Of a DNA stretch of 12,490 nucleotides, positions 7,915 to 12,490 are shown in pieces. This DNA comes from an uncultured Eubacteriales bacterium (GTDB taxonomy: Bacteria > Bacillota > Clostridia > TANB77 > RGIG9151), in contig CAZXFU010000038.1 of the NCBI GenBank assembly GCA_964640345.1, positions 1 through 12,490 on the forward strand, written 5' to 3'. Position 1 is the stretch's first letter, and every line of letters begins with the position of its first letter. The position numbers and the translations under genes are program-made. Under the pieces are notes generated by a model that did not search any database, had not been told where the DNA came from, and was given only the letters and a program-made list of their open reading frames with translations.

Positions 7915-9043
7915 GGTTATGACAATTTTTGGTACAAGACCTGAGGCAATAAAAATGGCACCTCTTGTAAATGAATTAAAGCAAGATGAATCAATTGAGA
8001 CAATTGTATGCGTAACGGCACAGCATAGGCAAATGCTTGATCAGGTTTTAAAAATATTTAAAATCGTGCCTGATTATGATTTGAACATAATGAAAGAACG
8101 CCAAACATTGGCACAAATAACGTCTAATGTATTAAACGGAATAATGAGTGTAATAGAAGATGCAAAGCCAGATATAGTATTGGTACACGGCGATACGACT
8201 ACGACATTTGCAGGTGCACTTGCAGCATTTTATTCAAAGGTAAAAATCGGACATGTTGAAGCAGGACTTAGAACAGGAGACAAATATTCTCCGTTCCCAG
8301 AAGAAATGAATAGAAAATTGGTAGGAAGTATGGCGGACTTGCACTTTAGTCCTACAGCGAATAATAAAAATAACCTATTAAAAGAAAATGTATCTGAAGA
8401 TGGAATATATATAACAGGAAATACAGTAATTGACGCATTAAAGACAACTGTAAGCGGTTTGTATTCTTTTAATACGCCTACGTTAAAAGAACTTGATTTT
8501 AATAAACGTATAATTCTTGTAACTGCACATAGAAGAGAAAATTTAGGAGAACCATTACGTAACATATTTAAAGCAATAAGAAGAATTGCAGAAGAATATA
8601 AAGATGTAGAGGTTGTATATCCTGTTCATTTGAATCCTGCCGTTCAAGAACCTGCAAAAGAAATCTTAGGAGAACTTGAAAATGTACATTTAATTTTACC
8701 GTTAGATGTTCAAGAGTTGCATAATTTAATGGCAAAATCGTATATGGTTATGACAGATTCAGGCGGACTTCAAGAAGAAGCTCCGGCACTTGGCAAACCT
8801 GTGTTGGTATTAAGACAAGAAACAGAAAGACCTGAAGCGGTAGAGGCAGGCACTGTTCGTATGGCAGGTACGTCAGAAGAAGATGTGTATAAACTTGCAA
8901 AGACGTTATTAGATGACAAAGCTGAATACGAAAAAATGAATAAAGCTGCAAATCCTTATGGTGACGGAAAAGCATCATCTAGAATTGTAAAAGCGATAAA
9001 ATATTATTTCGGAGTAACAGAAGAACCGCCGATTGAATTTTGA
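7901..9043 (+). CDS. mnaA: UDP-N-acetylglucosamine 2-epimerase (non-hydrolysing)
   Basis: VMTIFGTRPEAIKMAPL, VHGDTTTT, HVEAGLRT, DSGGLQEEAPALGKPVLVLR and NPYGDGKAS are classic WecB/MnaA blocks. I prefer ATG 7901 (9 nt after AAGGAG at 7886-7891) over ATG 7895 (3 nt). It overlaps the tagO 3' end. Confidence 0.92.
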   Translation: MKKIKVMTIFGTRPEAIKMAPLVNELKQDESIETIVCVTAQHRQMLDQVLKIFKIVPDYDLNIMKERQTLAQITSNVLNGIMSVIEDAKPDIVLVHGDTTTTFAGALAAFYSKVKIGHVEAGLRTGDKYSPFPEEMNRKLVGSMADLHFSPTANNKNNLLKENVSEDGIYITGNTVIDALKTTVSGLYSFNTPTLKELDFNKRIILVTAHRRENLGEPLRNIFKAIRRIAEEYKDVEVVYPVHLNPAVQEPAKEILGELENVHLILPLDVQELHNLMAKSYMVMTDSGGLQEEAPALGKPVLVLRQETERPEAVEAGTVRMAGTSEEDVYKLAKTLLDDKAEYEKMNKAANPYGDGKASSRIVKAIKYYFGVTEEPPIEF

Positions 9044-9128
9044 TAGCAAAAAGTGACATATTTTAACGACTAAAAAGAGTATACTTTCATATAAAGGAAA
9101 AAGGTTTTTATATGGAGGTGTACTTTTT

Positions 9129-9989
9129 TTGACTATATATGCCGATCAGATGTTTTTGGAAAATTTTGTTATGAATTGTGTTATTCTGTATATAACTTCA
9201 AAATTTTCAGGAATAAAGAGCAAATGGTACAGGTTTATGATAAGTGCTGCTATTGGAGCAGTATATGTGATTTTAAGCTATGTGTTTAATTTTTATAATA
9301 GCCAAATCGTTGTTGCAAAGTTTATTTTGGCAACTGTGATGGTCTTAGCTGCTTTTAAAATAAAAAGTATGAAAGATTTTTTTAAAGCTTTTGTATTTTT
9401 TTTAGGAATAACATTTTTAATAGGTGGAGCAAGTTTTGGCTTGGCTTTTTTGCTAAACTTTACAATGATTTCAGAAGGCGGAGTATTATATGTGGAGGAA
9501 TTTCCTATAGTTATGGTAATTCTAGGGAGTGTACTATGCATTATTATAATAAAATGGACTAGTGTATTTCTAAGAAAGAAATTAAATGTTGCAGAACTAA
9601 TATACAATATAAAAATAAAAATATTCGATAAAACGCTTTCAACAGAAGTATTCTTAGATTCGGGGCATAATGTAAAAGATACTTTTACAGGCTATCCTGT
9701 TGTCATAATCCAAAATGATAAATTGGAGAAAATTATTCCGCCTTACGTTGTTAAAGATATAAAAGGAAACAATTTTGAGCTTGGAGGAAAATGGAAAGAA
9801 AGGCTTTGCATTATCCCGATATCTACTGTGAATTCTGAAAATGGTGTTTTAATAGGATTTAGAGCGGATGAGTGTATCATATATGCAAAAAATGGGAATA
9901 TATGTTTAAATAAAGTAGTAGTGGCTGGCTGTGAAAGAAAATTAGATAATAATGGAAAATATTTTGGGTTGATTGGCAATATTTTTTAG
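9129..9989 (+). CDS. spoIIGA: SpoIIGA-family membrane aspartic protease (sigma-E processing peptidase-like)
   Basis: Multi-TM N-terminal half (MTIYADQMFLENFVMNCVILY...). The C-terminal domain has FLDSGHNVKDTFTGYPVVII, compared with B. subtilis IDSGNQLYDPLTKTPVMII from memory, plus LCIIPISTV...GVLIGFRADECII. The TTG start lies 8 nt after GGAGGTG (9114-9120). Confidence 0.85.
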   Translation: MTIYADQMFLENFVMNCVILYITSKFSGIKSKWYRFMISAAIGAVYVILSYVFNFYNSQIVVAKFILATVMVLAAFKIKSMKDFFKAFVFFLGITFLIGGASFGLAFLLNFTMISEGGVLYVEEFPIVMVILGSVLCIIIIKWTSVFLRKKLNVAELIYNIKIKIFDKTLSTEVFLDSGHNVKDTFTGYPVVIIQNDKLEKIIPPYVVKDIKGNNFELGGKWKERLCIIPISTVNSENGVLIGFRADECIIYAKNGNICLNKVVVAGCERKLDNNGKYFGLIGNIF

Positions 9990-10006
9990 ATAAATATTTA
10001 TGTATC

Positions 10007-10023
10007 AGGGGCTAAAGACCCCT
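10007..10023. terminator. Short GC hairpin between convergent spoIIGA and the 95-aa ORF
   Basis: AGGGG (10007-10011) pairs with CCCCT (10019-10023) across a 7-nt loop. It is the only GC-rich hairpin in the 47-nt convergent gap, but there is no clear T-run on either side. Confidence 0.3.
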
Positions 10024-10036
10024 TAAATAATAATAA

Positions 10037-10324
10037 CTATTGTTTTATTTGTGGTATAGACATTTTTGACGTATTACTTCCCATATTTTGGGCATTTTCT
10101 GAAGCTTGGCTTGTAATATTGCTTGTATCAATTTTTGTAGAAACGTTTCCATTTTGTGGTGTCTCCATACTTTTTATTGTTTGATTAATTTGTTGAGGTG
10201 TCATATTTCCATTATTTTTACCCGAATTGCTATTTAACCAATTCCCTGAGGCACCCATTACACTTACAAATAGTACTAAACAAGCTAGTCCTATGAATAC
10301 TGCAATCCAATTCCTGTTATTCAT
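10037..10324 (-). CDS. Hypothetical small membrane-anchored protein with an N/Q/S/T-rich extracytoplasmic tail
   Basis: It has an N-terminal hydrophobic segment WIAVFIGLACLVLFVSVMGA followed by low-complexity polar sequence. AAAGGAA lies about 11 nt upstream of the ATG. I recognise no homology. I prefer it over the overlapping + strand ORF 10227..10421, which has a TTG start and no SD. Confidence 0.5.
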   Translation of the reverse strand: MNNRNWIAVFIGLACLVLFVSVMGASGNWLNSNSGKNNGNMTPQQINQTIKSMETPQNGNVSTKIDTSNITSQASENAQNMGSNTSKMSIPQIKQ

Positions 10325-10356
10325 ATATGCATCATTCCTTTCATATTTTATAGTGT

Positions 10357-10385
10357 TTGCAAATTTAATAAAAATATGTTACATT
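10357..10385 (+). promoter_or_regulatory. Candidate extended -10 promoter for mazG
   Basis: TTGCAA (10357-10362), a 17-nt spacer, then TACATT (10380-10385), with TG at 10377-10378 (TGnTACATT). Confidence 0.35.
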
Positions 10386-10433
10386 AACGAAGTAGTTAGA
10401 TGGAATATATTCTCGGTTTAGGAGGTAGTTTTG

Positions 10434-11234
10434 ATGGATATAAATAAAGAAAAATATACATTTGATGATTTTGTAAAAATAATAAGTATTTTGCGTTCTG
10501 AAAATGGTTGCCCTTGGGATAGGGAGCAAACACATGAGAGTCTTAGAAAAAATTTAATTGAAGAGTCATACGAGTTTATACATGAAGCTGATGCAAACTC
10601 AAAGGAAGGAATGTGCGAAGAACTAGGAGACGTATTACTCCAAGTAGTGCTTCACTCACAAATAGCGAAAGATGATGGCGAGTTTGACATAAATGATGTT
10701 ATAGACGGCATTGCAAAGAAAATGATTTTTAGGCATCCACATGTTTTTGGAGATAAAAAAGCAGAAAATGTTGATGAGGCATTAAGACTTTTTAAGCAGA
10801 GTAAAAATAAAGAAAAGAAGATTGGAAGCAAAGCGGAAGAAATTGGACATGTTCCTGAGGATTTGCCGGCACTGATGAAATCCTATAAAATGTTTTCACA
10901 CCTTGAAAAAATTCAGTCTAGCTACTTTACCGGAAAATTTGATGATTATATGGGAAAACTAGAGGAAGAAATTGCTGAGTTAAAGGAAGCATACAATAAA
11001 AAGGATATTGGTAATTTTGAAGAAGAACTTGGAGATGTATTAACTGCGACAGTTGCTCTTGGACATACAATGAAAGTTGATTCAGAAATTGCATTAAATA
11101 AGTGTTTTAAAAAGATATTAAACAGAGTAAAAATTATTGAAAAACTTTCAAGTGAGAGTGGCAAAAAGATAGATGAAATCACAGATGCAGAGTTTGTAAA
11201 ATACTGGGATGCGGCTAAAAGTGAGGAAAAATAA
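10434..11234 (+). CDS. mazG: Nucleoside triphosphate pyrophosphohydrolase MazG (tandem MazG domains)
   Basis: CPWDREQTHESLRKNLIEESYE...EELGDVLLQVVLHSQIA...RHPHVF, with a second EExxELxxA...EELGDVL repeat. ATG 10434 lies 8 nt after GGAGG (10421-10425). Confidence 0.9.
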   Translation: MDINKEKYTFDDFVKIISILRSENGCPWDREQTHESLRKNLIEESYEFIHEADANSKEGMCEELGDVLLQVVLHSQIAKDDGEFDINDVIDGIAKKMIFRHPHVFGDKKAENVDEALRLFKQSKNKEKKIGSKAEEIGHVPEDLPALMKSYKMFSHLEKIQSSYFTGKFDDYMGKLEEEIAELKEAYNKKDIGNFEEELGDVLTATVALGHTMKVDSEIALNKCFKKILNRVKIIEKLSSESGKKIDEITDAEFVKYWDAAKSEEK

Positions 11235-11341
11235 CATTTTCTCAAAAAAAAGAAGGATATTAGTGAATTGTGGAGAATTATATCCGTGAAATTGCCGGAA
11301 GTTGTTGCCGGTAAAAGAAAATTTTATAGGAGGAATGAAAG

Positions 11342-11614
11342 ATGAATAAGGCAGATTTAGTTTCTATGATCGCTGCAAAGAGCAATTTAACAAAGAAGGA
11401 TTCAGAGAGTGCATTAAATGCATTTGTTGAAACAGTACAAACAGCACTTAAGAAGGGTGAAAAGATTCAATTAGTTGGATTTGGAACATTTGAAATACGT
11501 AACAGAGCTGCAAGAACAGGTGTTAACCCTAGAACAAAACAAGCCATTAAAATACCTGCAACGAAAGCTCCTGTATTTAAGGCTGGAAAAGCATTAAAAG
11601 ATTCTTGTAAATAA
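11342..11614 (+). CDS. hup: DNA-binding protein HU
   Basis: MNKADLV...LVGFGTFEIRNRAARTGVNPRTKQAIKIPATKAPVFKAGKALKD is the canonical HU/IHF fold sequence. AGGAGG lies 8 nt upstream. Confidence 0.95.
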   Translation: MNKADLVSMIAAKSNLTKKDSESALNAFVETVQTALKKGEKIQLVGFGTFEIRNRAARTGVNPRTKQAIKIPATKAPVFKAGKALKDSCK

Positions 11615-11637
11615 GAAAATTAGAGAGAGGATTTTTA

Positions 11638-11666
11638 GGAGACTACTGAAAAGTCTCTCTTTTTTT
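11638..11666 (+). terminator. Intrinsic terminator after hup
   Basis: GGAGACT (11638-11644) pairs with AGTCTCT (11652-11658) across a 7-nt loop, followed by C plus T7 (11660-11666). Confidence 0.8.
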
Positions 11667-11686
11667 GTAAATTTTTTTAAAAAGTA

Positions 11687-11715
11687 TTGACTTTGCAGTA
11701 TACATAATATATAAT
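11687..11715 (+). promoter_or_regulatory. Strong sigma-A promoter driving the riboswitch unit
   Basis: TTGACT (11687-11692), exactly 17 nt, then TATAAT (11710-11715), preceded by an A/T-rich UP-like stretch. Confidence 0.7.
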
Positions 11716-11724
11716 AATAATATG

Positions 11725-11812
11725 AAATCCGAAATAGCAAACCGATTGAAAGGTCGGGGCGCAAAGCTACAGTCCTAAAGTCGTGAGACTATGGAGGCTG
11801 GGTTGCCGAAGA
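11725..11812 (+). promoter_or_regulatory. c-di-GMP-I (GEMM-I) riboswitch aptamer
   Basis: AGCAAACC-GAUU-GAAA-GGUC-GGGGCGCAAAGCU ... GACUAUGGAGGCUGGGUUGCCGAAG. This matches Vc2 from memory: GGCAAACC-AUUC-GAAA-GAGU-GGGACGCAAAGCC ... GGGGUUACCGA. It has the GNRA-capped hairpin, the CGCAAAGC junction, a P3 hairpin (CUACAGUC/GACUAUGG) and the GGGUUnCCGA 3' strand. Confidence 0.85.
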
Positions 11813-11830
11813 TAGAGGTAAGTTTGATCT

Positions 11831-11866
11831 CCGCTTTGGTAACTCGAAGTGGGGTTTTTCATTTTT
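11831..11866 (+). terminator. Riboswitch expression-platform terminator
   Basis: CCGCTTTG (11831-11838) pairs with CGAAGTGG (11845-11852), 8 bp with 2 wobbles and a 6-nt loop, followed by GGTTTTTCATTTTT. Confidence 0.7.
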
Positions 11867-12218
11867 AAGGATGTTTTCGTAAAGAAATGCCTAATTTAGT
11901 TGGGCGAATGAGAAGCGAGCTTGTTGGTAATTCGACTTATGAAAGGATGGTTGAATACTAGTTAGCAAGGAGGCTAAATTGCTTGGCAATGGTTAAGCGG
12001 TATAGCATGGAGGCTAACTACAAACTGACAGGTAAAGCAAATTTCAATTAAAGTTTTCTTTTTGTAACACTTGTTTTTTACATGACTGTTTTTTCGTAAC
12101 GGTGGTGTAAGTGAAGGAGGGGGATGCCAAAAGGAAACATTACTTAAAAATGATAGATGAAATGAGAGTTCGGTCTTCGGATTTGATAGAGGGAGTAGAA
12201 TCCCTTTTATATAGTAAG
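11867..12218 (+). ncRNA. Unassigned structured read-through RNA downstream of the riboswitch (no credible ORF)
   Basis: The segment is bounded by two + strand terminators. There is no ORF of 61 aa or more in any frame, and by hand only 5-26 codon ORFs. GC content is higher than the surrounding intergenic DNA. It has several clean hairpins and repeated GGAGGCTAA. The boundaries are inferred, not measured. Confidence 0.45.
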
Positions 12219-12260
12219 AAAAGAGCCTAATCGGTATCGAGATTTAGGCTCTTTTCTTTT
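12219..12260 (+). terminator. Strong intrinsic terminator closing the riboswitch-tail unit (looks bidirectional)
   Basis: AAGAGCCTAA (12221-12230) pairs with TTAGGCTCTT (12244-12253), followed by TTCTTTT. The reverse complement is also followed by a T-rich run. Confidence 0.8.
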
Positions 12261-12273
12261 AAAAGAAGAAATC

Positions 12274-12298
12274 GGCTGTAAAAGTATTCTTCACAGCC
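12274..12298 (-). terminator. rpmB terminator
   Basis: GGCTGT (12274-12279) pairs with ACAGCC (12293-12298). On the - strand it sits 6 nt after the rpmB stop and is followed by GATTTCTTCTTTT. Confidence 0.6.
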
Positions 12299-12304
12299 AA
12301 CTTA

Positions 12305-12490
12305 TTAAGCACGTTCAATTTTATTAGAACGAAGGCACTTAGTACAAACACTAATAGATTTTATAGTTCCGTCTACGTTAGCACGAACATTTTTTACGTT
12401 TGCATTCCAAGCTCTGTTTGATTTTCTGTTTGAGTGACTTACTTTGAGACCAAAGTTAACTCCTTTACCACAAATTTCACATTTTGCCAT
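12305..12490 (-). CDS. rpmB: 50S ribosomal protein L28
   Basis: MAKCEICGKGVNFGLKVSHSNRKSNRAWNANVKNV...VCTKCLRS is the L28 signature. The ATG falls exactly at the window edge, so the promoter and RBS are outside the window. Confidence 0.95.
   Translation of the reverse strand: MAKCEICGKGVNFGLKVSHSNRKSNRAWNANVKNVRANVDGTIKSISVCTKCLRSNKIERA

Noticed and set aside
9044-9128. Spo0A boxes or a sporulation-type promoter upstream of spoIIGA
   Set aside because: There is no TGTCGAA/TTCGACA-like heptamer and no convincing -35/-10 pair in the 85-nt gap. The promoter is left unassigned.
2295-11245. Antisense or shadow ORFs inside annotated genes (2295-2657, 4576-4788, 5365-5583, 8230-8565, 8748-8978, 9293-9607, 9743-9979, 10946-11245, all on the - strand) and 10227-10421 on the + strand
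   Set aside because: Each is fully or largely embedded opposite a CDS with strong family motifs. Their translations have no recognisable domains and their starts lack an SD.
11958-12020. Resemblance of GTTAGCAAGGAGGCT to the GUUAGGUGAGGCU core of the M-box (ykoK) Mg riboswitch
   Set aside because: Only this roughly 13-nt stretch is similar. The rest of the roughly 160-nt M-box consensus, such as the GCUAAAGCUCUACG region, is absent.
11867-12218. Group I self-splicing intron downstream of the riboswitch, by analogy with the c-di-GMP-II/ribozyme tandem of C. difficile
   Set aside because: There is no downstream exon or ORF to be spliced, because a terminator and convergent rpmB follow. I cannot find the conserved P/Q/R/S-type core elements or a plausible P7 guanosine pocket by eye. 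The aptamer here is also class I, not class II.
1-12490. CRISPR arrays, IS elements or transposase genes, integrases, tRNA or rRNA genes, toxin-antitoxin pairs
   Set aside because: I found no repeat-spacer periodicity, no terminal inverted repeats flanking an ORF, no recombinase-like translations in the ORF track, and no cloverleaf-like GC-rich segments by eye.

Overview
Low-GC (about 30% by eye) Firmicutes chromosomal backbone, most likely class Clostridia. Nearly everything is on the + strand. In order: an alkylation-repair pair (ogt-tag, ATGA overlap); a tightly packed unit of acyltransferase, GT8, GT8, acyltransferase and MarR; an Hsp20 chaperone; rpiB-tagO-mnaA (cell-wall glycopolymer initiation); a SpoIIGA-family protease that is not followed by sigE; a small N/Q/S/T-rich membrane-anchored ORF on the - strand; mazG-hup; and rpmB on the - strand at the right edge. 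I saw no mobile elements, CRISPR, tRNA or rRNA. The stand-out is 11687-12260. It has a near-consensus sigma-A promoter, a clear c-di-GMP-I (GEMM-I) aptamer and an intrinsic terminator. These are followed not by a gene but by about 350 nt of ORF-less, visibly structured, SD/GGA-rich RNA, closed by a second strong terminator and convergent with rpmB. This looks like a cyclic-dinucleotide-gated noncoding RNA (or micro-peptide) unit. The aptamer also carries A where the usual GG precedes CAAACC, possibly at a ligand-contacting position.
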